Below, piece after piece: positions 26,668-35,578 of a DNA stretch of 64,000 bases (its first letter is position 1; every line of letters begins with the position of its first letter). A model generated the notes under the pieces. It saw only the letters and a program-made list of their open reading frames with translations. It was not told the DNA's origin and searched no databases. The stretch lies in IMG/VR virus record IMGVR_UViG_3300009177_000028, positions 140,388 to 204,387 of that record; one strand, given 5' to 3'. Both the position numbers and the translations under genes were made by a program.

Positions 26668-26886
26668 ATGAGCGACAACAACGGCAACAAGAGCGAAGGT
26701 AGCATCAAGACCGACAAGCGGAAGCAGTCTCTCTACTTTCCGGAGAGCATGCTCCAAGAGATCAAGGAGGAGGCGGCTCGGCTGGATCGTAGTCTGTCGT
26801 GGGTGGTTCAGCGTGCATGGAAGCTGGCACGCACCGAAGTCAAGAATCTGCCCAGCGTCTCCGACATCGAGACGGAGGACGAGTAA
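26668..26886 (+). CDS. MXAN_4361/MXAN_4362-family (TIGR04563-like) ribbon-helix-helix small protein
   Basis: DKRKQSLYFPESMLQEIKEEAARLDRSLSWVVQRAWKLAR matches the myxobacterial family as recalled. Confidence 0.88.
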   Translation: MSDNNGNKSEGSIKTDKRKQSLYFPESMLQEIKEEAARLDRSLSWVVQRAWKLARTEVKNLPSVSDIETEDE

Positions 26887-26894
26887 TCGTACCA

Positions 26895-26936
26895 CCTACA
26901 CCCTGCCCATTAGTGAGAGCTAGTGGGCAGGAGTAG
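26895..26936 (+). ncRNA. intergenic hairpin family copy H7
   Basis: CCTAC-ACC-CTGCCCATTAG...CTAGTGGGCAG-GA-GTAG. Confidence 0.72.
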
Positions 26937-26970
26937 TTGGCATGCTTGCATGTTGCACATCTCATGCCAC
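26936..26970 (-). promoter_or_regulatory. repeated sigma54-type element, copy 7 (antisense)
   Basis: minus strand GTGG-CATGAGATGT-GC then AACATGCAAGCATGCCAAC. Confidence 0.65.
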
Positions 26971-27004
26971 GGGGCGCCAGGCCCACACTCACCCACAATT
27001 CAGC

Positions 27005-27022
27005 GTGGCACATGACTTGCAT
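27005..27022 (+). promoter_or_regulatory. sigma54-type promoter (sense)
   Basis: GTGGCACATGACTTGCAT, canonical TGGCAC-N5-TTGC. Confidence 0.65.
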
Positions 27023-27079
27023 GTAATTGCATGGTCAATCAAAAGTGCTACAATTGATCAAAAGGAAAAGGAGGTTATC

Positions 27080-27313
27080 ATGTTTGGTATGAACAAGGCG
27101 CACATTGACACCGTCTATCAGCGAGAGGACGACATGTCCGACCTGATGCGCCGATGTCGGATGGCCCTCGACATGGGAGCCTCCAAGGAAGAAGTTCACG
27201 ACATCTGCATCCAAGCGGGTCAAAGTGAGGAACAAGCCTACTTGACCTACATCGCAGCCAAGCTGCTCACACGTGACGAAGCGTGCGAGACTGGCGCCCG
27301 AAAGGTGGCCTGA
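27080..27313 (+). CDS. hypothetical protein
   Basis: AAGGAGG SD, ATG 27080. Confidence 0.75.
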   Translation: MFGMNKAHIDTVYQREDDMSDLMRRCRMALDMGASKEEVHDICIQAGQSEEQAYLTYIAAKLLTRDEACETGARKVA

Positions 27314-27314
27314 C

Positions 27315-27791
27315 ATGTACTCCAAAGAGATCAAAGGTAGTTGGTTCGGCGTGACCATTCCCGAATGGTTGCGAGCCTTCGACTGTCGGTCCAGCGAGGA
27401 CGATATCGCACCTCGTACTCCCTGGGGCTCCTATCTCTGGTCAAGTGAGAGAGCTGCCGTGGACCTGGGCCTGCGTGCGGAAGGTGTCTACAACGACACT
27501 ACGCCCGTGGGCTGCTCCACCTACATCGATGCTCGTACGGCTCCTGAGTCGGAGTTGAAACGACAGGTGGAGAATATGGTGGCAGAGGCGACCAGACTTC
27601 GGGAGGAGTACCTAGAAGGGAAGAAGTTTCCCGATACTGAGGGACAAGGTGGGAGTTGTCTCTACATGCCGGTGGCTGTCTGCCTGAGTAACTTCGGGTG
27701 GTCGGTCCTGGCAGATCGGACCCAAGGAATCGTTCGCCGGTTTGGCTACAATGCCACACCCAAACGTACCAAGAAAGGAAGTGTGCGATGA
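27315..27791 (+). CDS. hypothetical protein
   Basis: abuts previous stop; ATGA overlap to next. Confidence 0.75.
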   Translation: MYSKEIKGSWFGVTIPEWLRAFDCRSSEDDIAPRTPWGSYLWSSERAAVDLGLRAEGVYNDTTPVGCSTYIDARTAPESELKRQVENMVAEATRLREEYLEGKKFPDTEGQGGSCLYMPVAVCLSNFGWSVLADRTQGIVRRFGYNATPKRTKKGSVR

Positions 27792-28390
27792 GCAAGTACA
27801 AGGGTGACGGGGCGTTGGAGCAGATCAACCCCGAGCGACTTACCTTGGGGTGTGTGGTGCGCATGCCCTACGGAAGTGGGGAAGTGCCTGCCTTTGGTGA
27901 CAGTGTCATCATCGGTATCCACGTCTCCTACTCTTCCAAGCGAACGAGTAAGGAGCGGTGCGATAAGCGCCACTACGAGACTCTCGCACAAGCTCTTACC
28001 CAAGCGCAGGATGGCGACTTCGTGGTGGTGAGTCTGGCTCGCCCCTACGTGTACGCCAACAACCCCTTCGTCTCTACACCGGGCTGGCTGGTCGGGTGCG
28101 AGAAGTACGAGGTGATGGGAGACCGCATCATCGACACCCACAAGGTGGTGGTTCAGAGCACGGGTGAGTATGCCACCTACAACATCAAACCTGCGCTCCA
28201 TTCGTGGGAGGTGGTGGTTGGCAACATCGGGAGCGTCTATCGCGACTTGTCGGAGAGCGCGGCCCGAGCCACCTACAAGGTGTACGTAGAGAACAGCAAG
28301 TGGCAGGGTGGACGTGCCAGTGGGGAAAGCGTCACTCTCTTCTGCGATGGTGAGATTGTGGAGGAGCATGTGGGGACGGTGGAAGGATGA
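27788..28390 (+). CDS. hypothetical protein
   Basis: coupled ORF, coding-like GC3. Confidence 0.75.
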   Translation: MSKYKGDGALEQINPERLTLGCVVRMPYGSGEVPAFGDSVIIGIHVSYSSKRTSKERCDKRHYETLAQALTQAQDGDFVVVSLARPYVYANNPFVSTPGWLVGCEKYEVMGDRIIDTHKVVVQSTGEYATYNIKPALHSWEVVVGNIGSVYRDLSESAARATYKVYVENSKWQGGRASGESVTLFCDGEIVEEHVGTVEG

Positions 28391-28629
28391 TTACATACCT
28401 CGACCCCAAACAAGTCATTGCCAAGCGCCAGACCACTCCTCCCCACAACCGGAGTCGCAGTGGGTATGGCAACAAGCTGCCTACATCCTGGGAGCTTCAA
28501 CTACAGGACAAGCGGTGGAGGCGGGTGTACGTGATTCAGTGGAGCAACGCTGGATCCGCCTACATCCTGGTCAAAGGTGAGAAGTTGTTCCTGGGTTCCT
28601 ACGAACCCTCCTATGAAGGGAAGGTGTGA
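28387..28629 (+). CDS. conserved phage-type hypothetical protein
   Basis: GYGNKLPT...RRVY..WSNAGSAY motif recalled from phage hypotheticals. Confidence 0.7.
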   Translation: MITYLDPKQVIAKRQTTPPHNRSRSGYGNKLPTSWELQLQDKRWRRVYVIQWSNAGSAYILVKGEKLFLGSYEPSYEGKV

Positions 28630-28630
28630 G

Positions 28631-29011
28631 ATGGGCTGGGATAAAGCATGCGGAGATGAGCAGTGTGAGGGATGTGACGCCACCCTGGAGGAAGGGGAGG
28701 ACATGTATGTCCAAGGGGACAGCGTGTACTGCGAAGGGTGCAACGAGGACCGCTTGGATGACGAAGCGGGTGAATGGGATGAATTGGACTACATGGACCG
28801 TGAAGGTGACTATCCCATCGATGGGGTAGGATTCGCGGACCCTGGTGGTCACTCGGCCCTACGTGCAGCTACACCCAACAACCCAAGGGACTGCGATTGT
28901 CCTACCTGTGGGGCGGAGGACGTTCTGACCCGCATCGACCGTCAACGTGGGTATCAGTGCGACAGGTGCGCTGATCGGGCGGAAGGTCGGAGCGGGTACG
29001 GAGACTACTGA
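28631..29011 (+). CDS. Zn-finger acidic protein
   Basis: several CxxC pairs (CEGC, CPTC, CDRC). Confidence 0.75.
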   Translation: MGWDKACGDEQCEGCDATLEEGEDMYVQGDSVYCEGCNEDRLDDEAGEWDELDYMDREGDYPIDGVGFADPGGHSALRAATPNNPRDCDCPTCGAEDVLTRIDRQRGYQCDRCADRAEGRSGYGDY

Positions 29012-29012
29012 C

Positions 29013-29330
29013 ATGAAGACACTGGTGCTGGTGGAGGATGATCTGATGCTTGCTAGCACCTTCATTCGGGTGTTGGGCAAAACTCACAACATCCTCCACT
29101 TCCTGACAGTCAAGGATGCCAGAGCACATCTGGCCTTGAATCCCACACCTGATGTCCTCCTCCTGGATCGTCAGGTGGGGTATGACAATGGGTGGGCGTT
29201 GCGGGAGGAGGTGGGTACGGGTGTCAGGGTGGTCCTGATGACGGGCGCTCCTCCCCAAGGCAATTCACTTACCTTCTTCCACAAGGGAGTAGATAACATA
29301 CAAAAACTTATCAGTATGGTAGAAGGCTAA
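29013..29330 (+). CDS. stand-alone receiver domain protein
   Basis: LVLVEDD, VLLLD, VLMTG, FHKG. Confidence 0.8.
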   Translation: MKTLVLVEDDLMLASTFIRVLGKTHNILHFLTVKDARAHLALNPTPDVLLLDRQVGYDNGWALREEVGTGVRVVLMTGAPPQGNSLTFFHKGVDNIQKLISMVEG

Positions 29331-29334
29331 ACTT

Positions 29335-29377
29335 CCTACACCCTGCCTATTAGAATTATCTAGTGGGCAGAAGTAGG
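29335..29377 (+). ncRNA. intergenic hairpin family copy H8
   Basis: CCTAC-ACC-CTGCCTATTAG...CTAGTGGGCAG-AA-GTAGG. Confidence 0.72.
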
Positions 29378-29421
29378 GGGATTCATCCTGAATCTTCTGA
29401 GACAAGGAAAGAGGAGAGCGC

Positions 29422-29976
29422 ATGAATAAGTTGGTGTATGCGGTAGTGGTTGCCTTGGCAGCGGTGGTGGGATGTGCAGCTCCGGTGGGAGACAAGTCGG
29501 AGCAGGTGGGACAGGTCAGTCAGGCGCTGGTTACCTTCGACCCTGCGACAGGGACGGGGTTTGTGGGGAAAGGTGATATCCAGCTTCCCTTCGGGTGGAA
29601 CAATGCCACCTTGCAGGCCAATGCAAGTTCGCTCACCTTCACCTACCAGAGCAGCGCCACCTACGAGGCGGTGTGCGAGTGGACCACCGGTGAAGGGACT
29701 CGTGGTCAACGGACCCACGATGTCACACACACCAAGACCAGTGTGGTCAACGACACCATCTCCTACGATGCTCGCACCCACAAGCAGGTGGACGGATTCT
29801 TCCTGACAGGGTACGGCAGTGTGACCGAAGGTGGGGAACCTGTTCCCGAGGTAGGAGGACCCTGCCCTGGCAACCCTGGAACGGATGGGGTGTGGGTCAG
29901 TGTGGTCCTGCTCAACTCCACGGGTGGGGGCTTGTGGGTGACCAACGCAGCGGGTGGGACGGCTCAGCTTCTGTAG
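29422..29976 (+). CDS. lipoprotein of unknown function
   Basis: lipobox LAAVVGC; FDPATGTGFVGKGDIQLPFGWNN motif recalled from bacterial secreted hypotheticals. Confidence 0.8.
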   Translation: MNKLVYAVVVALAAVVGCAAPVGDKSEQVGQVSQALVTFDPATGTGFVGKGDIQLPFGWNNATLQANASSLTFTYQSSATYEAVCEWTTGEGTRGQRTHDVTHTKTSVVNDTISYDARTHKQVDGFFLTGYGSVTEGGEPVPEVGGPCPGNPGTDGVWVSVVLLNSTGGGLWVTNAAGGTAQLL

Positions 29977-29984
29977 AGATACTT

Positions 29985-30058
29985 TCTACATCCTGCCGAT
30001 TATTCGTCTGGCTGATAAACTCGGTTTATTCGTCTGGCAGATAGTCGGCAGTAGTAGG
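29985..30058 (+). ncRNA. intergenic hairpin family copy H9 (extended)
   Basis: TCTAC-ATC-CTGCCGATTAT...ATAGTCGGCAG-TA-GTAGG; loop holds TATTCGTCTGGC twice (30001, 30027). Confidence 0.68.
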
Positions 30059-30304
30059 AGGTGTGTCATGTAATCGGCTAACTAACTTGTTTACCCGATA
30101 GTGTGGGAAACCCTGAGAGTGTGTCGCGACATTCAAGACATGGTGTATTGAATGGGCGCATGTGAGAATCCACGATACCCCAAGAGCTTTTGACGACAAT
30201 GTAGTTCTAAGTCTTCTATTACTCGCCTATAACCGAAACCTGCCGAAAGGGTGGGGAGTAGGTTATGGGCGCACATAGAGGGATTAGAAAGGAAAGGCAA
30301 GACC

Positions 30305-30769
30305 ATGCACGACATCAACGGCAAACCACTTCACATCGGCTCGGACATCTACTCTTCCCTACATGGACTCTGCAAGATCGTCGGTGTGCGAGAGGAGCAC
30401 AATCCCGACCAGGGAGGAGCTTGCATCGAGGTAAACTCCTACACTCGGGGTGGAGGTATCATCCTTCGCACTCACGAGCACAAGGTGACCAAGGTGCGTA
30501 CTTGGAAGGAGATGGCGGATGAATCCCTACGGGTGCAGGATGCCTGCAACCTGTCGGGAGTGGTCCACGCTTTCTCTACCATCATCACCGAGGTGCGCAC
30601 ACGGTTGGACAGTGAGGGCCAGGGTGGGACGGACAACGTCAACAACCATCCTGTCTGTCGTCTCTTCTCCGACAAGATTGCTTCCCTGACGGGTACGCAA
30701 TTCTGCAACGATGACGCACACCAAAACTTCTCCGATGCCTACAAGTGGGCACACGAGCAGAGCAAGTGA
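30305..30769 (+). CDS. hypothetical protein
   Basis: SD-like GGAAAGG; GTGA overlap to next. Confidence 0.75.
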   Translation: MHDINGKPLHIGSDIYSSLHGLCKIVGVREEHNPDQGGACIEVNSYTRGGGIILRTHEHKVTKVRTWKEMADESLRVQDACNLSGVVHAFSTIITEVRTRLDSEGQGGTDNVNNHPVCRLFSDKIASLTGTQFCNDDAHQNFSDAYKWAHEQSK

Positions 30770-30981
30770 GCAAGAAGCCTACTTACTCCCTGGTGAAGGG
30801 AGATGTCTTCATCGGGTCTGACTTGCAAGCCTGGACGGTGGACGAAGTGGTCAAACCGGAGGGCTGGAACACACTTCCGCAGATTGGGGAAAAGCCCAAG
30901 GTGTGGGAGGTGAGAGCACATCGGGGCCAAGCCAATCGGCGCTTCTACTACCACGGCACACGTTTGGTGGAAGTCAAGTAG
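30766..30981 (+). CDS. hypothetical protein
   Basis: GTGA overlap. Confidence 0.65.
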   Translation: MSKKPTYSLVKGDVFIGSDLQAWTVDEVVKPEGWNTLPQIGEKPKVWEVRAHRGQANRRFYYHGTRLVEVK

Positions 30982-31127
30982 TTACGCGCACTTAGGTGAG
31001 ACATTATCGGTATGGCGATAAGAATATCGCTATAGCGATAAAAAGTCTGTAACCACTTGGAACTACAGGGGAATGCGCGAACTAGGGCGCGAGAGTCGGA
31101 GGTGTAGGGCGGGCTGGGCCTGGGGTG

Positions 31128-31162
31128 GTTGGCATGTTTGCATGTAGCAAAAAGGGTGCCAC
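31128..31162 (-). promoter_or_regulatory. repeated sigma54-type element, copy 8 (antisense)
   Basis: minus strand GTGGCACCCTTTTTGCT, canonical TGGCAC-N5-TTGC. Confidence 0.7.
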
Positions 31163-31375
31163 CTGCCGCTGGAGCTTCTGGGAGGCGCACCCGCACCTAC
31201 CTTCTGCTTCAATTCTTTTGCAATTGAGCGTTTCTTAGTGGCGCATGTGAAAGCGCGCTCCCATAATGAATGGCCAGCGCAAACAAACGAATGAGAGGGG
31301 TGGGACAATGAAGCTGGGAATCTGACAACGGCAATTCAACCTGCAACCTCAACCTACAGAGAAGGATAATCAACC

Positions 31376-31705
31376 ATGGCAATGCGAGCAATCAACGAAG
31401 TTCACGACAGCGCAATCATCCGACAGTTGGTCACGATGGACGAGATGGACCTCTTCATGTCCACCTTCGACCAGACTGTCACGGTAGGTGAGCATCCACT
31501 AACCTTCTCGGGATGGGCAATCAAGAATGAAGTGCAGGTGATGCAGTGTGCGTCCGAGTGCGACATCGCCTTGGGGCTGCTGGCGCTGTCTCCCATCTTT
31601 CAGCACAAGGACTACGCGGATGACGCCTTGTACGAGGTGGGATGTCTGATGCACGGTAGCGAAGAAGAATACATCAACTTCTTGATGTTGATCAGCAATC
31701 GCTGA
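31376..31705 (+). CDS. hypothetical protein
   Basis: GAAGGA SD. Confidence 0.75.
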   Translation: MAMRAINEVHDSAIIRQLVTMDEMDLFMSTFDQTVTVGEHPLTFSGWAIKNEVQVMQCASECDIALGLLALSPIFQHKDYADDALYEVGCLMHGSEEEYINFLMLISNR

Positions 31706-31709
31706 TTGT

Positions 31710-31754
31710 CCTACACCCTGCCCATAACTGGAAACGGTTGTGGGCATGAGTAGG
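31710..31754 (+). ncRNA. intergenic hairpin family copy H10
   Basis: CCTAC-ACC-CTGCCCATAAC...GTTGTGGGCAT-GA-GTAGG. Confidence 0.7.
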
Positions 31755-31782
31755 CGAATCAACGCCAACAACGGAGGATGTC

Positions 31783-32376
31783 ATGTTGAATCAAAAGAAC
31801 CAAACATGCCACATGAAGCACTTCTGTGAGCGTGAGTCGTTCAATCGGAAGCGCCGGTTGTACACCGATGGGAGCTACCGTGAGTCAAGGTACGAGGTGT
31901 GGGATCCTTACTACCGGGGTGGTCCTGACGAGGTACCCGATGAGGTGCTGGTGTACGAGGCCGAATCCAAAGAGGAGTGTGAGGCTTACATGGCCACGCA
32001 GGGTAAGGCATTGGAGCTTCGGGAGAACGGTGTGTGTCAGGTGTGCGACCTGTACGAGAAGCGTCAGGCGCACCTTCGGGATGGACGTGTGGATCCCTTC
32101 TACCTGGTGGTTTCAGGTACGAGTCGCCACTACGGTGGACCCGAAGAGGGTGGATGGTGGTACAACTGGACGGAGATTCTGGAGGTGCGCCGAGCGTTCA
32201 CCTTTCAGGAGGGACTCCGACAAGCTCGTGAGTTGAGAGATAAGTACCCACAACCTAAGTACGACATCTACTCGTGCGCCAACGATGGTGAGCCCAATAC
32301 GGAGATTACCCTCTGTTACGGGGAAGCGGATCCACGTTGGCCACATGAGAGTACAGAAAGGCCAAGGTACGAGTGA
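31783..32376 (+). CDS. conserved phage-type hypothetical protein
   Basis: YGGPEEGGWWY motif recalled from phage hypotheticals. Confidence 0.75.
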   Translation: MLNQKNQTCHMKHFCERESFNRKRRLYTDGSYRESRYEVWDPYYRGGPDEVPDEVLVYEAESKEECEAYMATQGKALELRENGVCQVCDLYEKRQAHLRDGRVDPFYLVVSGTSRHYGGPEEGGWWYNWTEILEVRRAFTFQEGLRQARELRDKYPQPKYDIYSCANDGEPNTEITLCYGEADPRWPHESTERPRYE

Positions 32377-32600
32377 TGGAAGTCCAGGTGGAGAAAGAGC
32401 ACATGGTGGCGGAGCTGGTGGGTAACTTCGATGATGTCACCTGCGTGGTGGTACATTGTCAGGACTACGACCACTTTCGCCGACTTCCGCAGGTGGTCTC
32501 CTACCAGGGAATCCTGTGTGGGAAAACGGGGTGGAACTCGGATACCAACCGAGCCCACTATCAAAGCAACGCATCGCTGGTCAAAGTGGAGAGGAGGTAG
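32373..32600 (+). CDS. hypothetical protein
   Basis: GTGA overlap. Confidence 0.65.
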   Translation: MMEVQVEKEHMVAELVGNFDDVTCVVVHCQDYDHFRRLPQVVSYQGILCGKTGWNSDTNRAHYQSNASLVKVERR

Positions 32601-32604
32601 GACA

Positions 32605-32805
32605 ATGGCGGTCAAGGTATCGGACTTGAAGGATCAGATAGGTGTGGGTGGCCCTCACCCTATCCTCTACTGTCGGTGTTGTGGGGGAGAGTATTCGGCC
32701 AACAAAGGCGATTACTTTCTCCTACCTCCTGACGAAGTGATGACTTGTTGTGAGCAAGAGTTGGTGCTTGTCACCAAACGTGTGGTGTATCAAGAGACAA
32801 GCTGA
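32605..32805 (+). CDS. small Cys-containing protein
   Basis: GGAGG SD; CRCC and CC. Confidence 0.65.
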   Translation: MAVKVSDLKDQIGVGGPHPILYCRCCGGEYSANKGDYFLLPPDEVMTCCEQELVLVTKRVVYQETS

Positions 32806-33221
32806 TGGGAGTTGCTGCACACACCATCCTCATTGTTGAGGATAACAACGACATTCGGCTTCTTTTCACCGCAGTGTTCACCTTATGTGGGATGAATGTT
32901 CTTGCCACCCGCACACTTAGGGATGCATGTCGGGCATTCGAGGCAGGTGTTCAGATTGACGCCATTATGGTAGATTACACATTACCGGATGGTGTAGGTC
33001 CCAACATCTTGACCCTTCTGGGCGACAAGTTGCCTAAGGTGCGAGTGTTGGTAACTGGACACGATATCACACATCCTGGTTTCAGTGAATGCTTCACCAA
33101 ACCAGTAGACATGGGCCTACTTTGTAGGTCGGTTCGTTCAGGATTGGAGAAGGTATACCATGCAACTAGCGAAGCAAGTGGAACATGCGGGCAAGTCGGT
33201 CAAGGTGTTCTACGACCCTGA
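32805..33221 (+). CDS. stand-alone receiver domain protein
   Basis: ILIVEDN, IMVDYTLPDG, VLVTG, FTKPV. Confidence 0.88.
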   Translation: MGVAAHTILIVEDNNDIRLLFTAVFTLCGMNVLATRTLRDACRAFEAGVQIDAIMVDYTLPDGVGPNILTLLGDKLPKVRVLVTGHDITHPGFSECFTKPVDMGLLCRSVRSGLEKVYHATSEASGTCGQVGQGVLRP

Positions 33222-33777
33222 TCCGCTCAACCCGCGCAAGGAGTGGGACAACGGCACCATCATGCTTCATTGGCATCCGAGGTACGACCTTGGAGACAAG
33301 AAGGTGGAGCGGTGCACGGCGGATGAGGTGCGAGAGGAGTACCAGGACAGGGGTGACCCGGTCCTCTGTATTCTCCCTCTTTACCTGTACGACCATTCGG
33401 GTCTGAGTGTCAGCACGGGTGGCTTCTCCTGTCGGTTCGACTCGGGCCAGGTGGGATGGGTCATCATCACTCAGTCCAAGAAGGAGGAGATGGGATTCCC
33501 CGATAACTACACTACGGAGATGTACGAGGAAGTCATCAAACAGGATGTCAAGACCTACGATGACTACCTGACCGGACAGGTGTTCGGATACGAGGTGGAG
33601 GGGCGAGATGGTGACACCCTGGACTCCTGTTGGGGTTTCGTGGGTGACATGGAGGATTGCCTCTCCGAAGGTAAGAGTGCAGCCGAAGGGTGCGAGGATC
33701 CTGCGGTTGCTCGGGAGGTGGAGGAGCTACAGGCACGGGCCACCTACGCTGGTGTGGGTGGAAAGGAGGAGTCATGA
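33160..33777 (+). CDS. conserved hypothetical protein of mobile elements
   Basis: NPRKEWDN, LPLYLYDHSG, FDSGQVGW, DSCWGF motifs recalled from phage/ICE proteins. Confidence 0.75.
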   Translation: MQLAKQVEHAGKSVKVFYDPDPLNPRKEWDNGTIMLHWHPRYDLGDKKVERCTADEVREEYQDRGDPVLCILPLYLYDHSGLSVSTGGFSCRFDSGQVGWVIITQSKKEEMGFPDNYTTEMYEEVIKQDVKTYDDYLTGQVFGYEVEGRDGDTLDSCWGFVGDMEDCLSEGKSAAEGCEDPAVAREVEELQARATYAGVGGKEES

Positions 33778-34028
33778 GAGAGTTTCGTTGCACACGTATC
33801 ACCCCATTCGGCCACCCCTACAACACCAACGCCCCGGCCTACATGGACACCTCGGCTCGCCAAGGCCACTACGTCCACGCACGGGATGAGGTGGAGGCTT
33901 ACAACAAGATGGCAAAGGAGTTTCCGGAAGACATTGAAGGCAAACCTCTGACGGAAACCTTCACGGTCGAATTCGTCAAGGATGTTACGGCCTGGTATGC
34001 TCCAAAGGAAAAGAAGGTGGGACCATGA
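33774..34028 (+). CDS. hypothetical protein
   Basis: ATGA overlaps on both sides. Confidence 0.7.
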   Translation: MREFRCTRITPFGHPYNTNAPAYMDTSARQGHYVHARDEVEAYNKMAKEFPEDIEGKPLTETFTVEFVKDVTAWYAPKEKKVGP

Positions 34029-34312
34029 ACGACAACAAGCGTTTTCGTAATTCCGAATCGCGCAACCTGATGGCGTTCGTGCTCGCACTCGACCCCACCA
34101 TGCGAGATACTCTCCGACAGTTGCTTCGCATGGGGGCGTACAACATCCGGCACGACCACATGTACGTGCTCAACAAGGAGACTGGGAAGTATGACTACCT
34201 CCCGGATCCTACTGCGTGGAATGCCGACCTGGACGCCTTTGGTGGGAAGAACAACATGGGTGTCACCATGTTGCGCACACGTCAGGGCGAGTGGTTTCTC
34301 AACGGCTGCTGA
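34025..34312 (+). CDS. hypothetical protein
   Basis: ATGA overlap. Confidence 0.7.
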   Translation: MNDNKRFRNSESRNLMAFVLALDPTMRDTLRQLLRMGAYNIRHDHMYVLNKETGKYDYLPDPTAWNADLDAFGGKNNMGVTMLRTRQGEWFLNGC

Positions 34313-34323
34313 AAGGAGCACAC

Positions 34324-34506
34324 ATGCTGGTCATTCAGGTTCTTTGGTCGGATGGTTTCATTCATAACGAGTGGAACACCGACAAGGAAGATGAAAAGGC
34401 AATTCAGGAGGCGCGCGATCACCTTCAGGATCCTACCTTCGAGGGTGACTACATGCGCATCATCACGAGCGATGGTGAGCTGGTGTGGGATAGTCGGAAC
34501 CAGTAA
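34324..34506 (+). CDS. hypothetical protein
   Basis: AAAGGAG SD. Confidence 0.65.
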   Translation: MLVIQVLWSDGFIHNEWNTDKEDEKAIQEARDHLQDPTFEGDYMRIITSDGELVWDSRNQ

Positions 34507-34663
34507 ACGTTACTCTCTGCGGAGAAGAAAGGCACGGTGGGACAACGTATACATATCAGATATAATCCAAAACGCACAGCCAAAACTAAAACTTCGTAGT
34601 ATATTGGGAGACAATGTCAGATAGGATAATATCCTGTCGTAGTGTGTAAAAGGGGTAAGACTA

Positions 34664-35062
34664 ATGTATACTGTTATGATCGTGGAAGATGACGATGATC
34701 AAATAGTCCTACTGTCGGGTCTCATATCCTCCTTTGGATACCGTGTTCTGACCGCTCGTTCCAAAAAAGAAGCTATGTCTATCATTGACTCACATGTCAA
34801 GATAGATGTTCTCTTTACCGACTTCATGCTCGGAGATGGGACGGGAGGTGAGATTCTGGCCGAGATGCGGGAACGTCTCCCACGTATCATGACCATCCTT
34901 TACACTGGTGTAACCAAGTTTCCTCCCAGTCTCAGTGGTGGGTTTGATGACTACCTAACCAAACCTGTCAATACAAGTGACCTTCGCTGCACCATTGCAT
35001 CCTGCTTAGAGGTGCGCACGCAGCGACAGAGTGATGTGAAGAAGAGTGAACGAGCAGCCTGA
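34664..35062 (+). CDS. stand-alone receiver domain protein
   Basis: VMIVEDDDD, LFTDFMLGDG, ILYTG, LTKPV; ends ERAA. Confidence 0.9.
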   Translation: MYTVMIVEDDDDQIVLLSGLISSFGYRVLTARSKKEAMSIIDSHVKIDVLFTDFMLGDGTGGEILAEMRERLPRIMTILYTGVTKFPPSLSGGFDDYLTKPVNTSDLRCTIASCLEVRTQRQSDVKKSERAA

Positions 35063-35078
35063 AAGGAAGGATACGACC

Positions 35079-35261
35079 ATGAATTCAGTTACCATCAAAC
35101 CGAGCAACAAGCGTTCCTTTCGTCTTACCATGCTGAATCCGCGCACCAAGGATCGTTTCACCTGCACGGTGGAAGGATTCACCAAGGTGGATGCGGAGAG
35201 GCGAGCACGTAAGCAGGCTCCCAACTTTTCGGTATGTGTGGAAGTTCAGGAGGCAGCTTGA
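35079..35261 (+). CDS. hypothetical protein
   Basis: GGAAGGA SD; ends QEAA. Confidence 0.65.
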   Translation: MNSVTIKPSNKRSFRLTMLNPRTKDRFTCTVEGFTKVDAERRARKQAPNFSVCVEVQEAA

Positions 35262-35578
35262 ACAAGAAACTAATTGTGTTGATTGGTAGGCGCTGGTTCC
35301 AAAAGGGACCGGGTAATACCTACCACGACACGGAGATCATTGCTCAGGGTTTCAAAGGCGGAATCCTCCACCATCGAACCACCATGGATTACGGGTATGG
35401 AGATACCTACATCCAAACAGGTGCTCGCTGGTTGGAGGATCAAGGTGTGCTCAAGTTGGAGCGTTACTCCAATGGAGCAGTGGAGCCGCTCTGGCGCTAC
35501 TGTCAGGACCACGGCATCAAACTGATTACTTCAGTGGTGGATGTGGGTTCCAGAAAGGAATTGAAGGAAGATGCCTAG
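35258..35578 (+). CDS. hypothetical protein
   Basis: TTGA overlap; GRRWFQK..GNTYH. Confidence 0.7.
   Translation: MNKKLIVLIGRRWFQKGPGNTYHDTEIIAQGFKGGILHHRTTMDYGYGDTYIQTGARWLEDQGVLKLERYSNGAVEPLWRYCQDHGIKLITSVVDVGSRKELKEDA

Noticed and set aside
22174-31754. H-family hairpins as intrinsic terminators, K-turns or CRISPR repeats
   Set aside because: No U-tract, no tandem G-A/A-G K-turn signature, and they are separated by whole genes rather than short spacers.
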